Source: Octopus vulgaris | Taxonomy: Eukaryota | NCBI GenBank assembly: GCA_951406725.2 | Contig: OX597827.1 | Span: 82,832,001-82,896,000 of the forward strand | Length of the DNA stretch: 64,000 nucleotides | Reading direction: 5' to 3' | Part shown: one piece after another, positions 14,107 to 28,674 of the stretch | Layout of the letters: each line of letters begins with the position of its first letter | How positions within the stretch are numbered: the first letter of the stretch is position 1 | Made by a program: the position numbers and the translations under genes | The notes under the pieces: model-generated | The model's input: the letters and a program-made list of their open reading frames with translations, nothing else | The model's database searches: none | Told to the model about the DNA's origin: nothing

Positions 14107-14292
14107 GAATATAAATCAAGTATTTCCCAGCTACATTATCTTCACAATTACTTTTTACTTTCTGTTTTTCTCGGTGTGGAGCAGAATGAATAGGTTTGAG
14201 ATCTCTTCAGAATTTAACTCGAAAAACATGATACACACAAATTTGATGCTTCATCGAGGCTTTCCACTTGACTTGCGTTCAGGCTTGACAAG
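14107..14292 (+). other. Candidate upstream (5'UTR) exon
   Basis: Long polypyrimidine tract ending gtttgtag|G at 14106/14107 and donor AAG|GTGAAT at 14292/14293, in unique sequence. The main exon starts at an acceptor, so an upstream exon must exist somewhere. Confidence 0.3.
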
Positions 14293-14822
14293 GTGAATTT
14301 ATTTTCTCTGCATCAATACCACTCATTAGCTGGTTATCACCATTCAGATCAGCTCTGTTTGGCTTCAGATGCCTACTGGGATTGAACCAGTTCTCTCCAT
14401 TATAGGAAATTAGTTTTTCATTTAGTTTTCTTTCAATGGTTTTAGCACAGTCATGGGTTGTAGTGGTAGCAAGTAGGCTTGGTTTGCTTTCAGAAGTCCT
14501 TCATTCAATCATAACCATTCATTCACAGTTGAGTAAACATCACACCAACTTCCCCCAAAAACAGTCGGAGGTGACTTCACAATATGGATAGAGTAGGAGT
14601 TGAAACAATAATCTAATCACGGCTGACTGGCGGGGGGGGGGGGGCTTTCCTTCTCTTACCAACCATCTGGTGTCAGGAAGCTGTGATCTTTACAGTTATA
14701 TGATATCCTATGTAATAATAAATCAATTGATATCTTTTCAGATATCACAATCAAATCCTATTTTTCTTTCTCACTCTCTGTCCATCTTGTCTGTCTGTCT
14801 GTCAGTCTGTCAGTTTGTTTCT

Positions 14823-15290
14823 CTTCTTCTCCTTTTTCTTCTTCTTCTTCTTCTTCTCCTCCTCCTCCTCCTCCTCCTCCTTCTTCTTCTTTTTCTTCTT
14901 CTTCTTCTTCTTCTTCTTCTTCGTCTTCTCCTCCTCCTCCTCCTCCTCCTCCTTCTTCTTCTTCTTCTTCTCCTTCTTCTTCTCCTCATCCACCTCCTCC
15001 TTCTTCTCCTTTTTCTTCTTCTTCTTCTTCTTCTCCTTCTTCTTCTCCTCATCCTCCTCCTCCTTCTTCTTCTTCTCCTTCTTCTTCTTCTTCTTCTTCT
15101 TCTTCTTCTTCTTCTCCTTCTTCTTCTTCTTCTCCTTCTTCTTCTTCTTCTTCTTCTTCTTCTCCTTCTTCTTCTCCTCATCCTCCTCCTCCTCCTTCTT
15201 CGGCTTCTTCTTCTTCTTCTTCTTCTTCTTCTTCTTCTTCTTCTTCTTCTTCTTCTTCTTCTTCTTTCCTCTTCTTCTTCTTTCCTCTTC
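14823..15290. repeat. (CTT)/(CCT) compound microsatellite
   Basis: Direct inspection; source of the poly-L/R/F ORFs. Confidence 0.95.
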
Positions 15291-17052
15291 TGTCTTTATT
15301 TCTTTCTATCAGTTTTCCTTTGTATTTCTTTCTGTTTCTCTATTTTTCTTTCTTCCGGTCTTTCTATCCTTTTATTTTGTCTTTCTCTCTTTCTGTCTGT
15401 CTTTCTACTTTTCTATCTTCCTCTCTGCCTGCCTTTCTTTCAATCTGTCTGTTTGTCTGTCTGCCTGTCTGCCTGTCTGCCAGTCTGTATTTATTTCCTT
15501 TTTTTCCTTTCTTTTTACTGCTCCAAATCAAATCTCCAAATGAAAGAATATTTCTGCTGTTAATGTCGACAAATTCTACCTCTGTCAAGTCTAAGGCTGC
15601 AAAGTAATAAATTGATGCACATTTTTCACTTTGGTAATTATGACCGAATAAATTGTCTTTTAGGAAATCTATGAAAAACCAAATTTATTGCTGGAACTTT
15701 CTTCCATCTGGTAGCGATAGTAACACAAGGTAGGCTAATTCTGAATACTATCAAATGACAAATTTATGTAAAGCCATAAAAATCAATGAAAACTCATTAA
15801 CACGTATTAGACTATAAGTTCCTTCAGGAAAAATATCAATTGAAGGTGAACTTAGTAACAAAACTAAACTACATTTATTCTTTCATGGCAAGAAAGTGGA
15901 GCCAAGCAGCGAGATTTTGAAAAGATTAATAACTTCCATTTTGTTTCCCTTGCTAAGCAAGAATTATTAGCTTTTAGAAGAGGTGACAAGAGTTGGAATT
16001 CTAGCAATCAATAAAAATTACCCAGAATTTTGGATACAGCCTACCATAGTGGTTTTAATATATCAGTGTGATCTAATGAAAACCGGTTGTGTCCTTTATC
16101 CTGGCTCTAAACCAGGCACGTGGATTTCTATCATATCTTTTATGCTTGCTGATAACTTATCCTTAACTGAATTAAATTTATCTTCTCAACTTCTGCTATT
16201 TCCATCATTTTGATCATTTTTAAGTAATTTTTAGCAGTCTTTTAGCAAAATATCAACCACATAATTTCCTACTCTTTGTAGTCACTTCAATTCAACAGTG
16301 GTAAATATAGCAGCTCTCATCTTCTCTCTATTTCTTCATTGAACCCTCTCATTCTTTTATCATATTGTTCTCTCATTCTCTATCTCACTCCCTCCCTCCC
16401 TCCATCTCTCTCTCTCACCCTTTCTCTCTTTCGCTTTCTTTTCCTTTTGGTTTATTACTATTTTTTTAGCTATTTTATTGCTTAGGTTTTCTTCAGTTTC
16501 CTGGTTTCACTGAAGCTAGAATTAGATCAGAATTAAAATAGAATTAAATTTAAAAACAAAACAAAACAAAAAAACAACAACCAAAACAGCTCCAACTGAT
16601 GTCATTATTGGAATGTTAAAGTCAATTGTTCCATGTTAGAATAGATTAAAGAGGTTAAAATCTCATGGCCTCGCTCATCTCTGACCTGTTCTCTTCTTTG
16701 TGTCATTCAAAGATACTGTAACACAATTTCACATTGAATTATTCAGATCATTAGGAAACTTCTCACGTTGAATTTTTCAAAACTCTCTCATTAATTCACT
16801 GAAAATTTCATAGAATTCCCATTGATTCAGATGAAAGAAAGAAGTGAGGAAGTGTGTTCAATTCTAGACTACAGCTGAGATTTTACATGAGTTATTTGTT
16901 CGATGTCTGTGGAACTGGTGGAGAGAGTTGAACGGATTTGAAGGCACCCTGCTGCATCAATAGAACTTGTAAAAGACAATGGGCCTCAGTCTCCTCTCTG
17001 TCTATTTGCAAGTCTGTCTCTCGATCTCTTTCTCATTCACTAGCTGTCTATT

Positions 17053-17130
<78 letters not shown>

Positions 17131-19450
17131 TCTTTTAGAGGAGATGACAAAAGTTGGAATTCATACATATATGTGTGTGTGTATATATATATAGAGAGAG
17201 AGAGGAGGGATAGAGAGAGAGAGAGGGAAAAAGAGAGGGAGAGAGACATACATCTCCACACACACACTCACACACACACACACACACATACATACACACA
17301 CACGTATATCTTTAAAGTGAAGAGAGAGAGTAAGAAACGTTGGATGGAGAAAACATAAGTGTCTGTAATTTTCAATTGAAACAACTTTCACACACAAAAC
17401 ATTTGAAATCAATTATTATTGAAACGATCTCCAATAAAATCGTTTCACTTTCCAATGTCCTCAGAAGTTGATTTGACAATGGTGAAAGGCAGATACTTTC
17501 ATGAAACAGTCAACAGTTGTCATGTCACTGGGACCCATACAATCAAGGCTTGCAACCCATCAATGAAACCTTTGTACGGTCAGTTGACCTACTAAAAACT
17601 GCAGCCAAACTGCCTTCAATTCACATCTGACCAAGTTTTAAAAGAAGCAACACACTGGATCTTGTATTCCTAGAGACACTATGCCTGTAAAAAGATGGCA
17701 TAGTCATGGTTGGAATGTCTTTAACCTTTCAGAATTCAGATTATTATTCTTTTATTCTTTTATGTTTCAGCCCTAAGGCCGTGGCCATGCTGGAGCACCA
17801 CCAGTGATATCAAATGCAATGCTTGTTTATTCATATTGTTTTGAATTAATCTTGCATAGTTTTGTAACTTCAAGAATTTGACGATTTAATTATTTATTTT
17901 TAGAATGACATTGTAGGGTAGGTGTGAGAAGCTGGATCTGGCTATTCTGAACATAAAACAAGTGGGTCAGATATGGTCAGTTTAAATGCTAAAGGATTAA
18001 TATACTGAAGCCCCAAGTTAGTCCTTAATCTAATATTACTAATCTGTACCCTGTTTACAGGCATTTCCCCAACTCTATGTCTTCTCCCAACCCAAGGAAA
18101 CTCTTCTGATTCTCATTTACTGTTACCCGCACCCTTAACGCTCCACATTTTCTGCTGGCCTTGACCATTTCCTTTTCATGTTAAGAGACTGATTACAACC
18201 TAAAACAGTGGCTGGTGCAAAAGAAAATCTCGCTTTAAATCGCAATGTGAGTTTCCTAAATTTAAAAGAAAGGAGTTTATTACTATTCATTAAAACTTTA
18301 AAAAAATTATTTTTGCTAATATTGAATATTTAATTAAGTAGGAAGTTTGTCCTTTCTTTAATGCTTTTTATACTCAGACCTCTTAAAACAAACCCAGAAT
18401 AAATTTTGTGATGTTGTCACAATATTTACCCGAATCATCAAAGAAGATAATGCAACAAAATGAACATTTTTATCTGTCTTATTTTACATTTGTTTGGTAT
18501 TATTATTATTATTATTATTATTATTCATAGACTGGGCAGTGTAGTACATTAGTATATCGGTCATCAGAGTTACTTTACTCTTAATGTATGTCTGGATTGT
18601 TTCATGTGTATTACATTCAGCTGGGGATTAGCTGTAGGATTCCCTTTCTACCAGGTCCTCTAGAAGGAAGTGGGTTTGGTGGTGGTGAAAGGATTAATGA
18701 AAATAAAACCAAGATAAGAAAGCTCAGTTTTTGACCTTGAGATGAATTTATTGTCCCCCATGACACTGGAGCATTGAGGATCAGAGCCTTCACAAGGAAC
18801 ACAACTAAATGGCTATACTTAGCTAAAAGGCTTGAACTTATGACCAAGTGGTCAGTGCTCCAGAACAACCTCATAGCCATTGCAGCCTTAATCAAAGATT
18901 TATATCATAATTAAGATAATATCACTAACGAGATGTTCAATAACTGTTATTGTGAGTAATTAAATGAATTATTAGGCTACAAGTTAGATATGACAGCAGA
19001 ACCAATGTCATTTGTTTCTCCTAATTAGATAATGAAGACTACTAATAAACAGAATTGCAGATGATATTGATAGCAATATATTAATAACGAGGGCGTTAGT
19101 GCTTTGTAGTACTTTGTCCTTCGTTAATTGTCCGAGTTGTTGTGAGATAAGTTGAAACAAAGTAGACTAACAGGTTTCGATAGAAACAACACTAGCAGCA
19201 GGCAACGGTATGAATGACCAAAACTAGATTCCATTTCTAAATGACAATAAGCAAGGATATAATACATGAATATATAAATAAAAATGGTCTGAGCGAGCAT
19301 GGGAAGAATCGCAATGAAGAAATGAAGGGGACCTTAAAAAGAAACCAGACCAACTTGGCACTGTCGTGGTTCTCTGGCAAATAAAAGGACTATAAACTAC
19401 AAATACATCCTAGACATTGACTTTATGCTTGAAATGTTGTGTGTGTACAT

Positions 19451-19486
<36 letters not shown>

Positions 19487-19505
19487 AGACATACACACAC
19501 ACACA

Positions 19506-19555
<50 letters not shown>

Positions 19556-19566
19556 TATATAGATAC

Positions 19567-19938
19567 AAACAATAACTCTGAGCACCTTTTCAAACTCCAC
19601 CTGTCTAACACCCATGGACATGTTTACAAAGTCAGAAAACAGCACAGCTCCCATGACGTTCGGAAACATTTTTTCACGCTAAGAGTTGCTGAAGCATAGA
19701 ACAAACTGCCGGCATCAGTTGTTAGTGTTGGAGCACTGCATCCTTCAAAACTTCCATGCTTCCTGAGATTCGCCAACACTACACCTGATTTTCTCCCCTC
19801 CATACACACACAAGCATGTATCTGACTCATACACTGTTCACTTCCCAGACATTTGTACATTACTGCACATGCTTTATACGCACTTTTGACAAGTTGTGGT
19901 GCACCTGAGCACTGTATGCAATAATTTCATTATTATTA
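19567..19938 (+). mobile_element. CR1/L2-like LINE 3' end
   Basis: THGHVYKV...VRKHFFTLRVAEA*NKLPASVV, matching the CR1 'FFSxRVVxxWNxLP' motif; (TTA)n tail. Confidence 0.75.
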
Positions 19939-22107
19939 TATATATGTGTGCGTGAGTGTGTGCATGTAAGGTGCAGGTAATGATGCATGATTACAAAGCT
20001 TGCTTCTCAACCACGTGTTTTCAGGTTCAGTTCCACAGCATGGAATCTTGGACAAGTGACTTCTACTATGGCCCTAGGCCAACCAATGACTTGTGAATGA
20101 ATTGAGCAGGTGGAAACTGTGTGGAAGCCAGTCGCGTGTGTGTGTATCAATCAAGGTATACAGTATTATAGATTCATTACAGCCATTCAGACCAATTGGT
20201 TTTGCACTGGGTTTTTGATAACTGATATCAAAAGACAGAACAGCTATCTAATACATACGATCTTCAGAGATGGCAGGTATGGAAAAATATGGGGGCTGCT
20301 CTCTGGTTTATATATTTGTGTGTGTGTATGTGTGTGTGTGCATGTGTGTGTGTGTGTCTGTGTTTGTGTGTGTATCCACATATTCACACACATACACCCA
20401 CACATACCCACACACAATATTTACAGGTACACTAAACATCTCTATTCATCATTAAGTGTGGGGGAGGGTGTATTTCTGGATATGTACATGGTCTCACATT
20501 GGATTTAAACTAGTTTGAAGACAAAGATTCCTAGTTCAAATCCAGTCTAAGACTATGTGGGAATAGAACTCCTAAACAATTGTAAAAGGGTTGATTTAAA
20601 TGTTAGAAATACAAACTCTGATGATTAAACATTTAATAACCATAATAATGTTTTTTAAGAAAAATAAACTGAGTATAAGTTCTATTAATCAATTCAACAT
20701 GAGTTAATTAATCAAACACTTTCCTATAGTCGCTAACTAACTGATCTAAGAAAAATTGAAATAGAATGGTTCTTGGAAATCACCATGGAAATAATATAAT
20801 GGAGAGGTTTGAATTCTTCCTCAAACAAGTGATAAAAAAAGGGATTTATTCCTACTGTAAGCGCAAAATGTTCCAGAGATTTCATAACTAGCTGCATTAA
20901 ATGCAGAATCCAGGCTAATGTCCTGCAAAATCACTTCAACTAACCACAATCCAATTCTGATTTCCAAATTATTGAAGAAGAGATTATAAAATGAAAATGT
21001 CGTTCAGTAGAATCAGAGCAATATTGTTCTTGGTAGCCAAATCATGTTTTATTGACTTAATTAAGTTATAATTACTTTATGCTTGATAATGTTCTAATAC
21101 ATGCAAAGACAACAAATGTCCATTCATCCCTGCTGGTCATGTTTTAGTGACACCAGGCTAAAATCAAACCCTTCCAATATCAGCTTTTGTGTACCCAAAT
21201 AACACATGACCCTTGACCTGTTTGAGATGACTGATTAAAACATATAATCTATAACAGATTTATATTCTAAAGAGATTATTCCCAATTTTTCCAGTTTGGT
21301 AAACTGAAACAAGTAGGGTTAAGTATCTGACCCCAGAAAACCCCATCACAATAGCAGCAGCAGATTATGAATTCTTGCGATAGCAGGCCTGGCATCAAAG
21401 CAAAGAATGGGAAGCCATAGAATGAATAAAGTGAGTGGAACTGCTACGACATGAAACAGACTTTCTGGACATCACTGCAACAATAGCTGCTACCGAAAGT
21501 ATAACATGATCTGCTCAAACATGAGATTGTATTTCACACAAACTCATTATTATCTCTTTGAAGCATTGTTTAATGTGGCAATTTATTCTAGAGCCAAGTT
21601 TAGTTTGCAGTCAGAAAATAAACAATCTGCTCTACTCACTCTGTTATCATCAAAACATTCGATGCCATTCTTGGTAATTACTTCCTTCAACTAAACAAAC
21701 AAGATGCGGCAGTTTATATGAAAACAATTTTGTAATATGATCAAAAGATAATAGATAAATACATGGACACAAAATACCTGACTTGAAAAGTGTTTAACAA
21801 GAAGATATAGATTTATTAATGACTGGAATTTAACACAGGATTGAAGGGTGTTCAAGTCTATAATGATTATCTCTCTCAGTTCGTTTGATTAGAAGGAAAT
21901 ATTGTTTTCATTCATCTTTTTCCGACAAGATATCCTTTACTTAAGATTAAGTAACTTGATTTGGAGTTCCATGGCTGTGTACACCATTTTGCGACAGATC
22001 TCAGTAAGGCAATGGTTACTTCTGCTATGAGGAAACGGAGAGATTTCCTGGGAGGGTAAGCAAAACCATTGAAAATTGAAGGAGTAAACTTGACTGTAAA
22101 AATCAGA

Positions 22108-22150
<43 letters not shown>

Positions 22151-22502
22151 CACACACACACAGATACATATATATAGAAATATACATACATATATATATA
22201 TAATTATATATTCATATCATCATCATCATTATCATTTAACATCCGTTTTCCATGCTGGCATGGGTTGGACGGTTTGACTGAAGTCTGAAGAGCCAGCAGC
22301 TGCACCAGGCTCCAATCTGATCTATATACACATCATATGTATTAATTAATAATTAATATATACATATATTATATGTATTACATGTGTTGTGTGTGAGTAT
22401 ATGTATGTGAAGAAAGAGAAAGAGAGAATGAAAGAAGCGTAATACTGAGGAGAGAGAAAAACCTGTGTCAAAGAGAGACAATGAAATAAGGTGGGGGGAG
22501 AG

Positions 22503-22534
<32 letters not shown>

Positions 22535-22959
22535 TGAGTGAATGGCAGTGGAATTCACAGATTTCGAATGAGTTGCTCCTCCTCCTGCTAGGATTATGGC
22601 AGAAAAGAGTTTATTAATGTTCTTGACAAACATTTTTGAGTCATGAATAAAAACAGACCAAAGCAACAATCAAAATGATCTTTAGTCAACAATTCCAGAC
22701 GTCTTCAATTTCAGTTAACCCTTATAACATTCTTTTATTCTTCCACTTGTTTCAATCACTTGATTGCGGCCATGCCGGAGCACCACCATTAAGGACTTAT
22801 AACATTTTTTTATTAAATACATTCTTAGAAGAATTTCATATTTTTTTTATTTTCTTAAAGTTTTTTTTTATGTTTCCAGTCATTTGGCAGTGGCCATGCT
22901 GGAGCACCACCTTGAGAGGGTTTTCAATCAAATAAATCAAACCTAGTACTTCTTTTTCG

Positions 22960-23168
22960 CCTGACTGGCCCCTGTGCCGGTGGCACTTAAAAGCACCCAC
23001 TACACTCTAGGAGTGGTTGGCATTAGGAAGGGCATCCCGCTATAGAAACTCTGCCAGATCAAGATTGGAGCCTGGTGCAGCCATCTGGTTCACCAGCCCT
23101 CAGTCAAATCGTCCAACCCATGCCAGCATGGAAAGCGGACGTTAAACGATGATGAGGATGATGATGAT
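22960..23168 (+). mobile_element. Same RTE-tailed repeat, nested in a minus-strand SINE
   Basis: Homology to 9150-9369; ends in gatgatgaggatgatg. Confidence 0.75.
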
Positions 23169-23417
23169 ACTCATTCTACTGGTCTCTTTTGCCAAACTGC
23201 TAAGTTACACGGACGTATACAAACAAACACTTGTTGTCAAAGCTGTATATTCTCAAGAATATCTTCAGATGTTCTCTCTTTCCCCTACACCTAATCCTGT
23301 TGTAGAGAATAGATGTTTGACATAAATGGGAATAGGTGTTCAATATTCCTTAGACAATTACCCGACACAGAACCCCGTACGACAGGCAGAGCCAAATATT
23401 GACGTTGTCAACAAATG

Positions 23418-23634
23418 ACTGAACTCATTCCTTCATTCTTTCACTGAACTCATTCCTTCATTCTTTCACTGAACTCATTCCTTCATTCTTTCACTGAACT
23501 CATTCCTTCATTCTTTCACTGAACTCATTCGTTCATTCTTTCACTGAACTCATTCCTTCATTCTTTCACTGAACTCATTCCTTCATTCTTTCACTAAACT
23601 CATTCCTTCATTCTTTCACTGAACTCATTCATTC
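23418..23634. repeat. 25-bp minisatellite, ~8.6 copies
   Basis: Unit ACTGAACTCATTCCTTCATTCTTTC with no unique spacers; ~2 more units at 24099-24151. Confidence 0.95.
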
Positions 23635-24460
23635 TGAAATGACTCATAAAGTCTGCATGAGACACTTTGGGGAAATTTATTGTCACTTTCTTAGGCTACA
23701 AACATTATGAGTGCATGTGTGTATACACTGCATACACACATACGTATATACATACATACACATATAAATATATATATATATTCTTTTATTTGAACTCATT
23801 TTCAGTCGTTTGACTGAACTCATTCCTTCATTCTATAGTCAAACTTTGTAAGCCCTATTTTTCTATTGCTAAGATACACTGGACATAAACACACCTGCAT
23901 CAGTTGAGGGAACAAACACAGTTCACAAACATATACACACACACACACACTGAACACACACACACATTCTTTACACTGACAGGCTTCTTTCAGTTCTTGT
24001 CACTGAACCCACTCGTTCAGGCTTTGGTCAGCCTGAAGGCTATAGTAGAAGACACTTGCCCAGGTGTCACTCAGTGAACTGAACCCAGAACCATGTGGTT
24101 CATTCTTTCACTGAACTCATTCCTTCATTCTTTCACTGAACTCATTCATTCTGAAATGACTCATAAAGTCTGCATGAAACACTTTGGGGAAATTTATTGT
24201 CACTTTCTTAGGCTACAAACATTATGAGTGCATGTGTGTATACATGCATACACACATACGTATATACATACATACACATATAAATATATATATATATTCT
24301 TTTATTTGTTTCAGTCGTTTGACTGTGACCATGCTGGAGCACTCCCTATAGTCAAGCAAACTTTGTAAGCCCTACTTTTTCTATTGCTAAGATACAGGGA
24401 CATAAACACACCTGCATCAGTTGAGGGAACAAACACAGCAATGCTGGAGGAACAAACACA

Positions 24461-24517
<57 letters not shown>

Positions 24518-24579
24518 ATGTATATATACATCATCATCATCATCCTTTAACGTCCATTTTCCATGCAGGTACAATAAAC

Positions 24580-25355
24580 ACTAAGAATGTCGGGAGAATA
24601 GACTTCCTGAAATGCTCAGGGAGATCCTTAGAAGCTGTAGATAGCTTCTGTTACCTAGGTGACCAAGTTAACACTGGAGGAGGAAGTTCTAAAAGTCTAG
24701 CTGCTAGAATAAGAAGAACAGGCTGGGCAAAGTCCAGAGAGCTTCATCTTTGTTTGTAATAAGGGCCTCCCCCTCAGAATGGAAGACAGATTGTATGATG
24801 CTTGTGTATGTGCAGCTATGCTTCGTGGCAGTGAAACATGGGCTATGGCTAGAGAGGACTTGTGAAGGCTTGAGAGAAACGAAGCCAGCCTGCTCCACTG
24901 GGCAGGAAATGTCAGTGTGCATGTGCAACAAAGCGTAAAGGGCTTTAAGGGAAAAACTGGGTGTAAGAGGCCCCAGATGCTGTGTGCAAGAGTGCACTGG
25001 TTTGGTGAAGACAGCTGCATAAAGAGGTGTCAATGGCCTAATTGTGGAGGGAACCTGTGGAAGGGGTAGAGCTAGGAAGATGGGGGACAACATGGTGAGA
25101 AAGAATCTTCAGACGCTGGGCCCCACTGAGGACATGACAAAAGACCGGAACTTCTGGCGATTTGTGGTACTTGGGAAGATATGTCAAGCTAAGTAAAATC
25201 GTGACCATCCCTACATACAGGCATGTCCTTTATAGCCACGCCCCCACCCCCTCTCTCAGTCAAGAGGTTTTTGCCTTGCAGGTACCAGTTCTCGCATAAA
25301 ATCCACTCATAGTGGTGGCATGTAAAACGCCCCTGTGCCGGTGCCACATAAAAAT
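24580..25355 (+). mobile_element. Decayed RTE LINE 3' region
   Basis: LEAVDSFCYLGDQV...ARIRRTGWAKSREL; LYDACV..AMLRGSETW; ERNEAS; frameshifted. Confidence 0.8.
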
Positions 25356-27408
25356 TGTCCCTTTTTTTTCCCCTTACTGCTATGAGTACCAAGAACGCTG
25401 CTTTACTCTGTTGTTGCTATTGTAATGTAGACCCAGAGAATTCTAACAGTGCTTAATCATCTTCCACCCAATGAAGTACCCACACGTGACTGTGGCTGAA
25501 AAATATTCTGGTATATAATAATTACAAAGAACAATTTTGTGTTGTGGCATATGAATATAAACTCAGCAATTTAAAGGTGGTGTATGCATTGAAGAAACTA
25601 ATGTTGTAATCCATTAAAATTCGATATCTTCCTTCCTCGTGTTATATTAATCCTATGCATAGAGAAGTTCTGCTTGTGTATCCAGCATTGGAAAATATTC
25701 TGTTTCAGAATAATGTTTGGCTGCCAAAGAATGACATAAAAATTCTTAAATGTAGATTTAGAGGTATGTATATGTAATGTATGGAATAATTATAAACAGG
25801 GCAAATTTTAGCCATTTTTCTGCAAAAGGAAAATAAAAATAAATGAACAATCTTAATCAATTTTCAGACATTATTGGGTTTTCATCAGAGACATTCACAT
25901 CATTCAGGCAGTCTCCAGAGAAATGAGCAGCCAAACTGTTTATATACTCAACAAATGCAGCAGTTACTCCATGAAGGAGTCCCTAATTTGCATACCAAAA
26001 GCATTTAACACTTTATAAATGCCAGAGGCCTGTATATATAATTAATTCACACTTGTCTTGACTAATGTGTAACTATTTGTTTAATGAATGAAAAGCAAAA
26101 TTTCTCTCTCATAGCTGCAACCTGGCCGCTGACATGGGAGTTGTACTGCAGATGGTCTACAAGTCAGGGGTCATGTCATAACAATGGGTTGACCACAATT
26201 TTGATAGCTCATGAAATAGAAATACATTTGAAAGGAACAGCTTTGTGTATTGTTAGCTGATCAGAATAGCTTTTCCACGGTGTAATTACTTCAGTTTCAA
26301 CACCCAGTCTCAGATCGAATTACTTACCAGACAAATACAACTCCAAAACTTTGGATTATTTCTAATGGTATGTCTGAATTCCTTTCTTCAATTGTTTGTA
26401 ATGAAATTGTTCAATAAAGAAATAGTGGTCTAATTCCTGCTAGAAGAATCCCGATTTGTGATTCTCCTGACATCTCTTGAACATTGACCCTTCCCTGTCT
26501 GCGGTTCCTCTTTCTTGATTTCCCCAGACTTCTCAAACAATGTTCAATGTCATTAGATGCAGCTTATAGAAGTCATAACCATTATTTTCAAAGTGAGAAT
26601 AACAAATATTTACATTCTTCAGATGAGAGCCAACAATCCTAAAACAGAGAGAGAGAGAGAGAGAGACCTCGCACCATCTAATTACATCAAACAACAATTT
26701 GAATAAAAATAACTGCAAATAATAAATATTAATCTTTAATAAAAAATGTAGGAATTCACAAATCTTAATTAGAAAACAAAATGGCCATGAAGGATGAAAA
26801 ATAGAAGTAAAGGAGTAAAAATAGAAATGGTATCTTTTTGGTTGGTTTGGTTTTTTTTTTTCAAATTCCACAAATAAAACCACACGACAAAAGTGATTAA
26901 ATTATTATGAGAAACACTAATTTCTACAAATGTTCTAGAAAACAGTGGTGGTGATGGTGGTGGTGGGTGGGGTGTGGGAGATTTTGCAGGTGTTCCATCA
27001 TTCCTTGATTTGGAGTGAGTGTGTGTGTGTGTGTTTGAGTAACAGAGCGGATGTGTTTTAATCTGCATATTCATATATGCACTTATATAAGTACAAGCAT
27101 GTATGTGTGTGTGTGTATGCATGTGCATGTATATGTAAGCACTTATGTATCTATGAATGTATAATGTATGTATGTATATTAAGTTATATACACTAGATGC
27201 AGGCATGGTAACTGGCACAGGTGTGGCTATTAATGCAGGCATAGCTACGTGTTTGAGGTGTATGCTTTACAGCCACATGGTTTTGGGTTCAGTCCCACTG
27301 CACAGTACCTTGGACAAGTATCTTCTACTATAAATCCAAGTTGATCAAAAGCCTTGTGAGTTTATTTGGTGGAACAGAAACTGGAAGAAGTCCATTGTGT
27401 AGGTGTGT

Positions 27409-27445
<37 letters not shown>

Positions 27446-27721
27446 ACACTAGTAGTATACTACACTTAGTGTAGTATATTTGTTCCTCCTTGATCATTAC
27501 TGCTAGTAGAATGGAGAAAATACTAATCAATTTATATATATATATATATATTTATACATGTATACAAGAGTAACAGGCCGAAACTGTAATGATGATTGGA
27601 AGCTTGACTGATGAACAGAAAGCCACAAATCTTCTGTCATGGTTTTCCTGTCTGTCTTTGTATCATCCATCTGTCCGTATGTTTTTATTGCCGTCTGTTA
27701 CATACTTGTTTCGTTCTTTGG

Positions 27722-28312
27722 ATCATCATCATCATCATTTAGTGTCCGTTTTCCATGCTAGCATGGGTTTGGGCGGTTTGACCGGGGTCTGGAAAGCCAG
27801 AAGGCTGTACCAGGCTCCAGTCTGATCTGGCAGTGTTTCTACGGCTGGATGCCCTTCCTAACGCCAACCACTCTGTAAGTGTAGTGGGTACTTTTTATGT
27901 GTCACCAGCACAGGTGCCAGGAGAGACTGGCAATGGCCATGATCGGTTGGTGCTTTTTACATGCCACTGGCACGGAGGCCAGTCAAGGAGGCGCTGGCAT
28001 CAGCCACATACAGATGGTGCTTTTAATGTGCCACCAGCACAGGTTTCACAACTACAATTTCCATTTAATTTTTTTTATGTTGATATACCTGACTCAATAG
28101 GTCTCCTCAAGTACAGCAGGCCGTCCTGCGATCCAAGGCACTTTAGATGGGCTGGGGCTTCTATGTGAAGCTGGTGCAGGAAACAGCCATGAACTCACTT
28201 CATTTGTCGGGTCTTCACAGTCACAGCATATCTCCAGAGATATGCTGTCATTGCCTATGTCAGACCCAACATTCAAAGGTCATGCTTGACCACCTCATCC
28301 CATGACTTCCTG
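27722..28312 (-). mobile_element. Same RTE-tailed repeat
   Basis: (CAT)n followed by the reverse complement of the 8776-9369 family. Confidence 0.75.
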
Positions 28313-28674
28313 TGATTTTATGTGCTCTTAACTGTTTTCTAGTGATTTTACAATTCCAATATTTGTGGCAGACAGACGAAAACTTGAGTAAAATGACTTC
28401 ACTTGATTTTTACTTTTCCATATATTATTTTTGAAACCCAAAGCGTAATCAAGAATGGCTTAAATCAAAATGACTTAAGCCAACATATGCCTGTATGTCT
28501 TTCCAGCTATTATTTAACATTCTTTAGTTCCTCTATTTTTATTTGTTAATATGTCTTTCGCACTCCACATTTTCTTTCCTTTTTTGTAACTCCTAGTGAA
28601 AGTTTCATATTTTTGTATCCCTTCAAGACCTTATGGATAATAGAGTAAAGAAAAGATTATTATTATTATTACTG

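Noticed and set aside
14670-15563. 297-aa poly-Leu ORF and the many poly-I/YI/HT/CV ORFs
   Set aside because: Translations of microsatellites that happen to lack stop codons.
23418-23634. CRISPR-like array of 25-bp repeats
   Set aside because: Head-to-tail units with no unique spacers, no cas genes, eukaryotic context.
27565-27625. GGCCGAAACTGTA and CTGATGAACAGAAAG in a TA-adjacent repeat
   Set aside because: Only partial cores; no consistent helices can be drawn.
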